This document shows, piece after piece, positions 50,411 to 64,000 of a stretch of DNA of 64,000 nt. This stretch comes from Ptychodera flava (lineage: Eukaryota), in assembly GCF_041260155.1 (NCBI RefSeq), contig NW_027248355.1:2388078-2452077 (forward strand), given 5' to 3'. Position 1 is the first letter of the stretch. Each line of letters begins with the position of its first letter. Made by a program: the position numbers and the translations under genes. The notes under the pieces are model-generated. The model saw nothing but the letters and a program-made list of their open reading frames with translations, was not told the origin of the DNA and searched no databases.

Positions 50411-51968
50411 TCTATTTGTCTGTGGTATAAGTGACAAAAGTTACAAATTAACGTTGAAAGTTGCTCATGATTTGCATGCACTACTATGTACTGCTTTTCT
50501 TCTTCTTCTTCTTCTTCTTCTTCTTCTACTACTACTACTACGAGCACATCTGCCACTACTACTACTTCTACTACCTCTTCTACTACTACTGATACTAGCA
50601 ATGACGTATTCTTACAATGCAGTTCTTGTCTGTCCATTGCTATGCCGCGGATGTAAAGGGAAGCAAGAAAACAGAAAAATTAGAAGCAAATAGTTTTGCA
50701 TATAGACTTTATGCGACAGAAAATTGGTACTTGTAATTATGTCGGATGCCAAATCGCAAACTCCATGTGAACAAAAATTAAATACAGCTATGATACTACG
50801 CCTCCACTGATATGACCATGTAATTGGTCGCTTATATTCAAATGTATGTACATGAAGGGAGCACCTCTGTCTACCACCCTTCTCTGTCTGGCTCTCACTG
50901 TCTTTCTCTGTGTCTGTCTGTCTGTCTGTCCGTCTCTCTCTCTCATATCGTCTACAAAAAAGTGCAACCAATGGCAACTTGTCCCGTTGTATAAAACCCC
51001 ACCCTTTAAAACGAATCCAAAATAGACAACACTTGATAAACGCTTTTCACTCATCGACGCAGGCACCAAAAATGACTTGATCGAAAGTGACTTGTGGAAT
51101 CGTAATACATTGATTTTGCTGTCGAGATCAGGTGACCCTCTCTTTGGCCCACACCTGAAGTCGAACTTAAGCCATCTGATTAACTCTGGTAAAACTATGA
51201 TTTAATTTTGTTACGGGCGTATTCAAATTCTTGGCCGTACGTTTTTAGTAAACTAGCATATGATTAGATATCTCGAAATACAATTAACGGCAGATGTGCC
51301 TCAGATGCGTGCTACAATTAAGTTGCCAGGAATGGAGATAAAAGAAGGGAGACTTCAGTCCTGGGGATAAATAGTTTGGCTTGCTTCGATGACCTGCTTC
51401 AAAGTATTCACCTCATAAATATCTGAAGTTCGTTTCAACTACATAGTATTTACTTTTGGTAAACAGATGACACTGGCATATCTTTCGCCCAAGACGCAGA
51501 TTCTCTTATATCTGTGTTGGTGTTGAGCGCTAGCGGGAACGTCTTTCGTTATCCTCCCATAGAGGCAAGGGTTCTCAAACAACAAATTAAAGGCGGGATT
51601 TCAATCATCAAAATAGAGAGGGTCTAAGGGAGAAAATAATCCAAACCTAAATATCAATACGCCACTACGTGATCGTGCAACTCATGATTTACTTATAGCA
51701 CTCAGTGATGATACTGCCTTTAAGGCAAAGGTCTAACAAAGCCGTATAAAACATTGCAACTGATTTACCTTCGAAAAAAAGGCTGGTAAAAACAATTATT
51801 ATCGCGTCGCCAATTAGGTGTGTCTGCTTTGAATGCAAATCGACTTCTTATTTAGATCCTGGTGTATTGATCATAAATATCGAATCTGCCTTTGTGTTAA
51901 CGACTGATTGGTGCGTGCATTAACGTTTGTGTCAGATAATTCTCATAGGAATGTTACCTCCGTAACAT

Positions 51969-52136
<168 letters not shown>

Positions 52137-55119
52137 ATTCTGTCACACGATACATAAAACCATCGTGAAAATGACCATTAATTCATTTCCGCCATAATTT
52201 AATTTAATTTCAAAATTGTTTAAAAGCGGGATCCAATATATGCATGGTCACCCATTCATTCAATATCTTTCAACACGTCAAACAATATAAGTAGCATCTC
52301 GTATCAAACAAAATTTCCTGAAAAATGGCCGACTTTGTCCCTTTAATATAAAGAAGAGTAAAGAGCTGGCTGCCACCTTGATTATTCCAAAAGAGCATCT
52401 CATACAAGCAATAAAGGGTAAGATATACTTCAGTAGTGCCTCCAACGCTCAGTCTCGACTGGTATAAAATTTAGTCTTCTTAAGCTATGGATGAGGAGTG
52501 AGGCGCCATTCTGTTACAAGATCACGGTTTAATTCCCCTTTAATACTTTTTAAAAAACTATTTTAACTATTTAAAAATAGAGAATTGTCATGATTCACAC
52601 AACTATCTCCTACCTTATTTCCTCAAGATGTAGGACTGCTATCTTGCCATAAAGTGTTAAAATTTAGCTCAGATGACTTCGAGTTTTCTGAAATTTTATC
52701 ATCATGCTTCTACGGTAACCAAAATATTGAGAAAAACTCACTGACAAATACCATTACCCAATTAAAAGAACATAATATATACCGTAATAGGAAACCAAAA
52801 TGGACTGTTTTTCTCATCAATTTGCTATAGGGTCCTTCAAAAACGCCCTGACTACATTCAGCGTTAATTAAGCTACAACTGACGAAAAGGTCAGGGACAT
52901 TTTATTAATGCTCTGACTTAAAAAATCATCAATCACAGATGTTATGTGTTTTGTGTCGTTTCATAATATGTACACAAAAATAAACGGTTCGATGAAACAT
53001 TACATCCATTTTTTGCACTATTCTATCATTTTGTAAAAATTTAGCTGTAAAATGTTTGATTTCGTTACACTTTTGTTATACTAACTCCTTTTTAATTATC
53101 ACTATTCAGTTCCAATCATGTTTGCCACATGTATTCTCTATATGGTTCAACTATTTAGTCATTATACTCGGTTTAATGCTTTACCAACGAATTTACTCGC
53201 TTCAACACGCAATGCATTTGTGTACGTCAAGTGTATCGATCATTGCACTGTTGTCTACATTGGTTTCTTCTGAAGGTATTTTATCTTGTTCGATTTTTAT
53301 TCCTATATTACGTACTTTTTTCTTTCAATCAAATATGAAGAGCATGACTAACTGCATCTATTATGGATGATCCTATCACACAGGGCAAATATGGAAAAGT
53401 CATGAAAAATGTTGATAATTCCCCGTTATAATAATTAACGTAGAATATCCTGGCTAAGAAAAAATATTGGGACTCTAGAGTTATACAATATGTTTCTGAT
53501 CTACCGCTTACTTTTTAAGATGTTTAAGTAAATGCAATTTTAACTGTCTTATTAAAATCGAATATATATATAATGAATTTGAAATTGTCACATATATTTG
53601 AATTTGAATTGTTTATCAATCCTCGTAATGTGTTTCTCAAGCACAAAAATCTGCAAACTTAAAAAGTTCACTTTTTCAGTGTGTATGCGAACGTTACATT
53701 GAATAAAGTCCTCTAATACGCGTGTTTTCTGTAGTAAAATAAATAAATCACAATGCAAATCTTTCATATCCTGAAAATCAAGTGCAAAAGTACGAAAAAC
53801 ATACAAATTGTCATTTTGTTCGTTTAATGTTGTTCTATGCTTTCAACTACATTTAAATTCATGCACGGGGGGGGGGATACAGGAAAATGACAGCTAAATG
53901 GCGACCATCTGGAAATTGTTGGTAGCTAACTTTTTTATCTCTAAGTGATGAAGGTATTAATACTCATGCTAAGTAACATATTTTATATCATTCAATAAAA
54001 TGTTTCGCCGAGAAATAACTCTAATTTGCTCTAGCTCCGCTATATGTATTTGTGCGTTTTAAGTTATTATGTCAAAAAACACTGTGCTATGAAATAAGCA
54101 AAATTTAATTTATGCAAATCAGGATTCAAATATGATTAATTACGATTACGAACTTATTTCTATTGTGGCACTAAGAAAAATATGCAGAGTTTCACCATAT
54201 GAAGTCTATTTGTATTTCTATTTTTATTTCCTTGGGAAATCTGTGATATTTTGGCCGCCATTTTGTTTATGCTCATTATCTCAAAGTGCCCAAAGCTGAC
54301 AGAGTGACGGTAACATTTTTTCTATGTGATGATGTTCACAAGCAAAATTTGGTTTGAAAAACGTAAGAGGTTAAAAAAAGGTTGGGTGAGAAAAGTTGAC
54401 TTGGCTGCCGGACTAAATCTACCGGATATGAATTCAAATACAGCTAGTCTACAAACTCTCTTTACATTGAGTCTGACCTACATCGCTTTTATGTCAGAAA
54501 AGACGATACAAATGTACATACATTTCGTGTTATGGCACACAACAAACGATTAATCAGTCAGGTCTGACAAATCTCTTTGAATTTTGAATTTACTGACATC
54601 AACTAAGCCTTATTAGTGGTTGTGCTATCAAGGAACATTAGGTATTCATGCGTTTTTATTCATCATGTCAATCCGTGAAAGAGAGTCATTTGACCAAACA
54701 TCTGGTCCCTAAAAGGATTAAAATACCTTATGAATACTCCAAATGAACAAAAAATAACCTTTTGCATTAAAAGGTCAAAATATAGAAGTAATAATTTAAC
54801 ATAAATTCCTTCAAATGTTAATACCTTTTTTAAAAATCTGACAAATTATACTCTTAAATGTACAGCCATGCCATTATTAAATTTAAAGAACGAGATTCGT
54901 TTATTTTTAAAGGTTGAGAGTGCGCTTCAGAATGTTGTGGAGGTAAACATGGAAAGACAGCAATAATCATTGGTACCGTACGTACGTACCTATGTACGTA
55001 TTAGGTGATTGGGTACAGTACGTTGTGAGTTCGAACCCGATTGAAACCACCGTATTATAGTCTGCACAGATGTCCTCATATTGAAAAAGGCTAGTTATTC
55101 AATTCGGTATTGACATGAC

Positions 55120-55122
<3 letters not shown>

Positions 55123-55176
<54 letters not shown>
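55123..55176. repeat. (CT)n microsatellite
   Basis: Direct read. Confidence 0.95.
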
Positions 55177-55178
<2 letters not shown>

Positions 55179-55849
55179 GTTTTTGTTTGAAAACCAGAGA
55201 GGGTTTAAGTCTACATTCCTCCCCGTTTATTCACAAAAGTATCTCTACTTTGTCACAATTTTGTCTGTTTTGTCGAACGTCCCAATGACGAGGAATATGA
55301 ATTCTGCCTATTTGAACATGCCAGATACTTAGACAATCAGGGTGTCTAGCATACGGGTGCCAAAAGTATTGTACACTGTGTAGTCAACATTGCTTTGAAT
55401 TGAATAAATACTGGTACTGGTCCGTGACCTCTAACTCGGCTACAGATACAATTAGTCGAGATCAGTCGTATAGAACGATTCCTGTGTCCTTCTTTAGGCC
55501 CCAATCAAAAGCGCTCGAGAACGGTTGAGACCCTGCAAATGTAGTGCAGCTGGCCGGCAGTGCAAAAGACAGCAGAGCGCACAATTTTATTCCACCCCTC
55601 CCCATGGTCTCGCAGGGTACTATTGTGACAAGATGGTATTCATTAAAATATTAACGTTCTGAACGGCATGTTTCTCCAAAGGGTGTTGTACCCTCTTGTA
55701 ACTATCGATACAAGATGGTACTTAATTTAAAGTACGAATGTTCTTAGCTTTCTGGTTATAATGCATAACAAAAAATTAAATTAAAAATTTAACTCTTCCA
55801 TTTGTTCACCCTTTACTAAGGTAGAACACGCCTCGGGGACAGAAATTTG

Positions 55850-56160
55850 GGGCTTCCAAATTATCAATTCTCTTCTGACTTACCACTTGTGTGGGCTCAT
55901 TTTAAAGCTCTTGATTAAAGAAAAGTATTCACCGTCTTAGTTTTTCGAAAATCGAGAATTTTATTTTCCACCGTAGAGCTAAGACATGGATGGCAGCCAT
56001 TTTGAATTTTAAATATCACCAAATTTTTCGTAATTTATCTCTCTAGTACCAAAATTTCCGCCGTGACCCCTGATTTTTATTCTTGCTTTGGTAAGAGAAT
56101 TGTCGAAAGTTTATTTGAGGAAATGTTGAACAAATGTCTGAGTCTTTCACATCGCTTCAT
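55850..56160 (-). repeat. Family R copy, minus orientation.
   Basis: About 80% identical to 17590-17900 over about 300 bp. Confidence 0.6.
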
Positions 56161-59100
56161 AATTATAACTAAAAATACTGCCCTGACCTCGCATCCAAGG
56201 TTTTGGTAGCAGTAACTTATTACTCAGTATTCAAAGTGCAATCAAAATATTTTCACCTTAAAGAGAGGTGGTGGTCGGAAATGCGCATGTGCAACTTTCT
56301 TGATTACAAACATTGTATTTCATGCACTATATATAGATGCATCATGTCAAAATAGCTGCGACATTTAAATTTAACAATGTACATTGAGACAAACATGTTT
56401 TAACTTTCATCAATCGCCAACGTACCTTGGATACAGTGTTTATATCGGTCGTAGGGGTCCCTAGCGACCTTTGAGCGCCGATCCGACGACCACCGCCCTT
56501 TAAGCTTTAGGATTAAGTAGTCACAAAGCATGACACAAATTTTCAACATTCTACCTTTTGTTTTCGGGACATCACAGTGATTGATCGACGGTGTTCAACT
56601 GCGGCAGCGGGACCTGTGTTGTAGCGGCATCATTCAAAATATTTGTCGCGCGCTAACAAAAAGCGTCACACACACACAGACACACACACACACCACACAC
56701 ACACACAGAGGTATATTATTCACACGAGCTCTACCCGTGCCACAATCCACAGGTGTCAGCGAGCACGAACTATCCAGAATGCACGACAGAACATCGCTTC
56801 ATAATTATAACTAAAAATACTGCCCTGACCTCGCATCCTAGGTTTTGGTAGCAGTAACTTATCACTCAGTATTCAAAGTGCAATCAAAATATTTTGAATG
56901 AAAGACGTTTTACCAATACGCAATACGGTCTGTGACTATTTATGTGCTGGTTAACAGATATTCGCCACTATAGTCAATACGCAAACATTTACTGGTGGGT
57001 CATCAACATCTGGGTTATAATCCTGTGAAGGGCTTAGAATTGCGATATGTGTCGCTGGCAAATTGAAATTACTTGTGATGTACTTGTGATTACATCGATG
57101 TACATGGAAAAATACATCGCAATAGGACTCTTACCTGACAACAAAACTAAGATAATCTCACAGAAGTTGTAAATTGTTGGTACATTGTTTTACGAAAACG
57201 CCACTATATTCGACGCCTTGCAAAAATACCGATGCGCAACCCGAATAAGACTGAAAGTATTTCACTTGAAAGTATATCGGGGAGTCTGTTTAATGCGTGG
57301 AGAATAGCGATAGATGTCGGTCTTAAAGCTGGTATAACTATGTGAGTGGGTACCGGAGTAAAGTGGTCCATAAATGGCACCCTTGTTCAAGTTTTTAATC
57401 ATTACCTCTGGGTTCAGAGCCCCGATGCAAAATTATTATCCTCAAATTATTTATTGCCGGTTTCATAAAATAAAGTGAACCTGGTTTTCATATCATATAC
57501 TCATTTCCGTTTCACATCACGGATTAATTACACTTATTGAATATTACCACGACGCTGAGCAGAAAGCCAAACAGTGCTTGTCGACGCATGCATTACTATA
57601 TATAATCCCATGGTATTTTTCTCTGTTTGACGTCATCGTATACGAGTGTTTCGGCTCGAAGTTGTACGGCTCCGCGAAAAACACGAGTATACGCGTACGA
57701 TGACGTCAAACAGAGAAAAATTCCATGGGATTATATATTTATCACATGAACAGTCTTCTTATTTTTCTTTGATGTGGATGGATCAAAATTATTGTAACAA
57801 ATTGCATGGTTTTTATCGCGATTTTGTGTTTTTCCTTACGCGGATTACTTTCATTTATTGGGTAAAGCGGTCCGTCACCCAGGAGATGTGCGAATGTTTA
57901 CAGGCATACTTTCATTCATAAATCCGATTAAGCTGAACTTTTGATACATGAAATGGTATCTCCACCAATCAGACATACGGATTCGGTCACATGCGCATGT
58001 CAATCATTGTCTCGCGCTGGACCTCTGCCAGGGCAAGTCTACCATCGGCGGACATGACTTTCACCGCGCTAGCGACAGATAACCATAGTATTTTGACTTA
58101 TTCAGAATATTTACAATTATATTTATGAAACTAATGCAACGACACGATCGAAACAGTAGTTACCATTCTTAGAGATGCTGTGGATATTAAAATATCACAA
58201 GTTTACGACCTTAGGCGAGCCCGAAAGTTTCAGATCGATGACACACACAGAGTGTACGCTTGTAAGTTGTAGTGGGCACTGCCGTCACCGGTCTTCGCCG
58301 GTGGCCATCTCGGTCGTCAATTTTTCGTCTTACGGATTTTGATGTTTGCTGCGACACATATATCGCCCGTAGGTACATCCCAATTTTGTTACTTGACGGG
58401 AACTCTGTTCTGTTGTGAGTGTTTTCCTAGTCAACTTTCGAAATACATCGGATTCTACGGCGCTGCACTGTAGGTCGACAGCTTATATGTTTTCACTTAC
58501 GCTGCAGGTTTGATTCCGATCGAGAAACGACGGAATAATTTGGGTGATGAAGGAAATTTATCGTTGTTCGTAAAATAACTTTATGCTTGTGCCTTCTATG
58601 TCGCTTTCCCGAAGATAATACGGTACTCATTTATTAAGTTGAACTTTCGTTGAGGTGTGTATTTCGGGTTTATCGCCAACCTCGATCGCCAGGTACGACG
58701 TCGCTTGGCGATCGCCAGGTTCGACGACGTCCACTTTTAGCCTTACCACTTGAGCTGTGACGTTGCTTAGCCATTATAACGATCGATGGTATCCTCATTC
58801 GATTCTTGGGAATAGCTGAAGCTTTAGCGACTCGAAATGTCGTTGGACATGCCTTCTATATTTCCATATCTTGATTTATCGGGTCACCTTTTTGTCAAAA
58901 TGTCATGAGAGCACGGCATCGATCACGACAAATCGGTCTGTGTGGCAACGTGCATGTACGAACGGTACCATTGCAGAAAAAAGTTCCGGTTGATGACGTA
59001 CAACAGCGGTAATATGGATTTCTTATCTGTGCTGGTGTACGTCACACAGGTGGAGATACGGGCCAGTTCATGTGATAATCATTTATAATATTACGTTCAT

Positions 59101-60793
59101 AGTGGTTGAAATTTTATATTTAAAAAAAGAGATTCTGACAGGGTTTTCTCTCGTCTGCGCCATTGCGCAAATTGCACATTTCGAGCCATTGTCTGCTTTG
59201 AAAAAGTTACTGACTGCGCGGAAATCGCGCACAAAACACAGTAAGCAAAGATGTCCATTTGTTATTTGAGGGTGTCCCAAGCGCATAGTGTAGCGACATG
59301 TGAATTTGCTGTTGTTTCTAGAAATAATGATCCCTTGGAAAATAAAATATCGCCTGACATTCAGCTTTGGTGACGTGCATGACGTGGAGTGTACGCATCG
59401 AAAATAACAGCCAACGACGTATTTGCGGTTCAGTCTCCACGGATACTAGTGCAATTTGATGTTCATGTTTTTAAAGTTCCATTAGCTGTATCTTCTGGCG
59501 ATTTTTCCGTTAGTTTTGATTGAAATGAGCACTGGCTCATGTTGAAAAGCCTGTCAAATAACAACGAATCGCATATTATTCGGAAACATTACGTGCCCTA
59601 CAACTAAATAACATGTGATTTTACCACGAAAATTTCAATTTTTGTCCGGACAGAAATACAAACTCTGTTGACACGCGGATTGCAACGTAGGCATTCTTCT
59701 GCACCTGTGCGAGCCATTTACAGCAATTTCAAAATAAATATTCATTACTTATGCCCGGTACTTACGTCGTAGTCCATTGTCCGAGCACGTTGCGTAGCCA
59801 GATGTCTGGCAATCCACGACGCAATGTTGTTTTGATCCCGCAATAAGCGTGAACTTGTACATGCCAGACGTCAACAAACGAGCTCGGAAGGGCAACACGT
59901 TTGAACAAAAATAAGCAGTTTTATGTGGCTATAACATCGCTAATCATGTTTGTTTCTTCGTAAAACAACATTTTGCAACAAATGTGAGCCTCCAACATGG
60001 AATTTTCCGAGGTAAAAAATGGTCAAAAGTTACCAATAATGGCCCTTTAAAGTTTGAAAGCAGTAAACAATCATCAATGATGAAATTATGAATAAAAGTC
60101 TAGGTTTAGACGATCGATCTCGATCACAATAAAACAGCAATCGTGTTATTGGCACCAAGGAGGGGTAGGCCTACACCTGATATTTTCATACGGGGATGTG
60201 CTGGCCAATTGCCAATTACATCAACCTATGTATATTCCGAAAATATGGCCAACTGTTAGGGATGTGCTTTGCAAAGTTTAGGAATTTCACCTTTATTCCG
60301 TTGCACGTGACAGTTTTCCGGAAGCATAGGACATTTGCTTTGTTATTGACCCATGCTAAGGGTTTTTTTTGGGATAAAAATCGACCTATGTTTAGGGATT
60401 TTTTCGTTAAAAAGTGACCCATTCGGCCGGAGCATATTTTCATGGCGCGTCTGTTTTCATGCGCTCACGTGCTGATTGAGCAGGAACACATCGCGTTCGT
60501 TCGAAAAGATGACTAAAAATAGCAGTAAAAGGCTGGCAGCGTAACATGTAATACCCGTCTGATGTACACATTGTGCAGTTCTGAACATCGAACTAGTCGT
60601 TATCTTGCTCTGTGTGAAGTTTGCAGATGCGCTTTAACATTTCCTGTTTTGTCGTTTTTGTTTCGGTTATTTTGATCTTACGAAGTAACAAAAAAGAAGA
60701 CGATAAAACCGCTATACCTCACCATTTTTAACTGCACACATGATTGGAGGCAAGACTTGTTTTGTCTTATTTATGATACAGCGTGTTACTTAC

Positions 60794-60954
60794 CTCTGGT
60801 AAAGCTCGGCTACGTTCACAGCCTTCTGGTCGATTGTAGCGTCCGTAGGCATAGTGTATTGTTTTTGTACCACTCCTAAGTTAGCTAGGAAGTACCCGAT
60901 TGAAAAGCTGGACAGTATGATGAAAGCATTAGCGACGATTCGTCTGTTGGTCAT
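60794..60954 (-). CDS. Probable first coding exon of a type II signal-anchor membrane protein with Golgi glycosyl- or sulfotransferase-style topology (MTNRRIV + ANAFIILSSFSIGYFLANLGVV + stem).
   Basis: ORF 60790..61098(-). An internal ATG at 60954 is followed by a 22-aa hydrophobic segment. The exon ends at a consensus donor CAGAG|gtaagt at 60792-60793. A tandem NAGNAG acceptor, ttcattttcagcag, at about 60970 may define a 5' UTR/exon boundary. Confidence 0.35.
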
Positions 60955-61304
60955 TTTTTTGTCTCTCCCCTCAGTCGTTGCCTGCTGAAAATGAAATACA
61001 GAACACATAATGAACATGCGGGATACAACCTCAAATGTTTTAAAAATAGGTATAGAAGATTCCATTCTATTGGGCAGGGACGGCCACGCTAATGTCAACC
61101 TTGACCAATTTAATGTTCACCACGTGTCAGGCAGATGGTGTTCAGAGTGTATTCGCGTACCATCTCAGGTATAGAGATGACGTTCTCGCCTCCTCAAGGA
61201 ACGCCACGAGTAACTAAACAGAAAGGATACGTGTTCCGTGATGTTTGTCAGAAAAGGTTAATGGAGGCAAAACGTGGAGAGCCAGAATTTCTTGGATGTG
61301 CCAT

Positions 61305-61680
61305 GCCATGTAGTATGCGCTTTGAAAGTGAAAGACTCGCACTGTTACTCACAATTTCCCCAATGAAAATACTCCATTCTCTCACAAATCAAGAACTGGG
61401 TTACAGTGCAAAGCGTGGTGTAGCAGAGACACAAATTACCGAATATTTACCAATATTTGAAATTCAAAATAGGGGCCAACCCTCTGTTAACTCTATGGCG
61501 AAAAAATAACCTTTTCGAATTTCCAAAGCTAAGACGGTGAATATTTTTCTTTGTAAAAACGGTTTTAAATTCGATCATGTGTACAAGTGGAAGATTAGAA
61601 AGGAATTGGAAAACTTTGAAAGTCCAAATATCTGTCCCCGAGGCACGTAATGGGTCATTTTACCAACAAGGTCTCTTATA
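61305..61680 (+). repeat. Family R copy, full length, plus orientation. It accounts for the spurious ORF 61135..61509.
   Basis: gtagtatgcgctttgaaagtgaaagactcg...accgaatatttaccaatatttgaaattcaaaataggggccaac...aagctaagacggtg...atatctgtccccgaggcacg. Confidence 0.6.
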
Positions 61681-63199
61681 AAAATGATGCACATCGAGAG
61701 AGCTTTTTTGTAATTAGTTAAAAGAATGAAATACCGGACTGTAAATGGCAGTACAGGATTGTTCGACTGTGCCACCATAACTCTGACACGTGACAAGATA
61801 TGACGATCACAGTTTCACTATTCGTTTACACATTTCAACACGTGTGAACCTGACCGACATTAATCTGTTCCGCTCGCGTTGCGCATGTTTTTTGGAAGGA
61901 AGGACGTTAAAGGAGACTGATGTACATTTCTAAATTGACGTTCTTGAAGATAAGGCAATATTTTAGGCCTAATTAGCCATATCCCGGGTGTGAGATAGGT
62001 AAATTGTATACAAGTAGTTTCCGACAATGCACAAGTTTCTATCGCCGCAGCTTTCATAAACGATTAAGTACTCACAATATGCTGCTTCAACGATCAAGTT
62101 AAGCATAAGATCGTCATAGCAACCATGACGACTGACCACAAATAATGCGACATCGGTATGCTTTTTCAACCCAATTTTTATTAAAGTGTACAGATCGATG
62201 TGAAAAAGGGGGTAATCTCTGTGCAAGGAAGTGACAGCTACCACGACAGCGCCTCGTGTAAAGCAGTACGGCACACAAGCAACAGCGTTGGCAGGGCCAA
62301 AGCGGATGACATTGCTGCCAGAATTTGGAATGAGCAAGGCAAGATAATTAAAAGCCCCCACTCAATTATCTGAACTTGATAAAATATTCAATGGAAAACA
62401 AAAGAATGATAAACGGTTAATGGGCTGATGACACATTCGCTATAGCGAGAACCAGGGATTGAGAAGGGTGTCTTTAGTATTTTTTAGTTCAGATAATTAC
62501 ATATATATACTTAATGACGTTGTAATTAATCTGTGGTGAATATTGTTCATGGTGTTGATCAGAATACTTTTAGCGAAATTGCAAACAAGTTGCAGAAGTT
62601 TAAATATACAGACAACTGCAATATATACTGAAACACGTGAGCATTTTCAGTTCATATTTCGTTACACTTCTGCTTGATATTCAGAAATGTTGGCGACGCC
62701 GGTTTGACATACAGAAATGATGCTGTACCATGACTCATTGAAATCTGATCAAGGTATAGCAAGTGGACCTTTTCAGAGTGTTTTCGCCATTTACGATCAA
62801 TCTTCTTTCAATGTAAATTGAACACTTAACAAGGCTTTGCTGTGTTTTAAAGTTTTTCTTCTGACGTTTACCACAGCCAGTGCTTCAAAGAATGACAGTC
62901 AGGATTGACATTTTTAATCCCTGCGTTGTGATATTCACCAAAAACCATGTCACATGCATATAACTCCTACAGGCTAACTGCCATATCACGTAAATGTCAC
63001 TCGAAGGCCGCTCTGGTTTCTTTATCATGCATATGTCACTCCCTTAGCTAAATGCTGTATCATATGAATGTCACGTCATCATTTATGGCCACAACATCAT
63101 ACTGGATACCATAATGTACTACACTTACGGACATACCGGAGGATACTTTGTACACTACACTGGACGCCTAATAATAAGTCATACTCGATGCTGTTCTGT

Positions 63200-63570
63200 T
63201 CCTTGATGGTCATACCAGAATCCATGGTGTTAATTTATGGTCACACTTGATGCTGTGGTCTTAATTAATGGTCATACATTAATTGCCATATTGGTTACAA
63301 TGATGTTGATTAATGTATTTACAATATGGTATGTGGTTCTATTGATGGTCATGCCGGATGCCACGGTGTTCACTGATGGTCCTATTGGATGCTGAGATGT
63401 TCATTGATGGTCATGCCGGATGCTGGGATGTCATTGGCGGTCACACTAGATGTTTGTTGATGGTCATCCTGGATTCTTTGGTGTTCATTGATGGTCATAC
63501 TGGATGCCACGGTGTTCATTGATGGTCATACTGGATTTTTTTGTGTTTATTGATGGTCATACAGATGCTC
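63200..63570. repeat. Minisatellite of about 10 copies of a 30 to 33-bp unit (TGATGGTCATRCYGGATGCYRNGGTGTTCAT).
   Basis: attgatggtcat recurs at about 63340, 63375, 63405, 63440, 63470, 63500, 63540 and 63555. Confidence 0.7.
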
Positions 63571-64000
63571 AAATTAAAAAAAAAGGTTGTAGCAGCAACT
63601 TGACCAGGGTCAACAGCGTCGGTGCTTTTGCACAGTAAACACACCTGTCTGGATACCTCGCCATCCGTAAAATGGCATGGGCATGTGCGGGATTATATAC
63701 TTTCCATCGATATTTACATTTCGAATAGCAGCTATAGCATGAGTTCACTCAATGGTTGAAATGACAAGTAAACGTCAAACTTCATTCACTCCACAGGCCT
63801 CCAAATGAATACACCCAAGCTGCAGTTCACAGAAGAAATGGGTGAACGAAAAACTACTGAGGTACACCCACCCCAACCCCAACCCCCTGCGGCCGGGGGA
63901 GGGGTATTCAGACTCGAGCACTATGAAGGGTTAAACTAAACATTCCACAGGACGAAGCATAACTCTGCAATTTAAATCGGGGCGGGGGGGGGGGGATTAA

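Noticed and set aside
61135-61509. ORF 61135..61509 (124 aa)
   Set aside because: It is almost entirely within a copy of the SINE-like family R (61305-61680). This is a spurious open frame.

Overview
This window is eukaryotic nuclear DNA, most likely from an invertebrate metazoan. It is AT-rich, with GT-AG introns, abundant microsatellites, and LINE, SINE and MITE insertions. It is not a prokaryotic locus, and the ORF track evidently accepts non-ATG starts.

The main content is a head-to-tail tandem array of three paralogous 3-exon genes (A, partial at the window start; B; C). Each encodes a roughly 328-aa rhodopsin-like (class A) orphan GPCR, and all three reading frames are intact across conserved phase-2 and phase-1 introns. 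The duplicated unit is about 11.7 to 12.9 kb. It carries the gene plus flanking transposon debris: a GIY-YIG endonuclease fragment of the Penelope-like kind, a CR1/L2-like reverse-transcriptase fragment, foldback hairpins and MITEs. Copy-specific insertions and deletions tell the three units apart.

Downstream, from about 36 to 64 kb, the minus strand carries three further coding pieces. The first is a split FkbM-family (Methyltransf_21) methyltransferase-like gene sitting between two roughly 670-bp inverted repeats. The second is an uncharacterised exon with consensus splice sites. The third is a probable first coding exon for a type II signal-anchor protein.

A previously unrecognised-looking SINE-like repeat family of about 370 bp occurs in at least 8 copies in both orientations. 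A family of long near-perfect palindromes shares an ACTCGTGAC core. Several tandem satellite arrays sit inside one intron.

All coordinates come from manual reading. Intron boundaries of the GPCR genes were checked codon by codon against the ORF track. Boundaries of repeats and of the non-GPCR exons are approximate.
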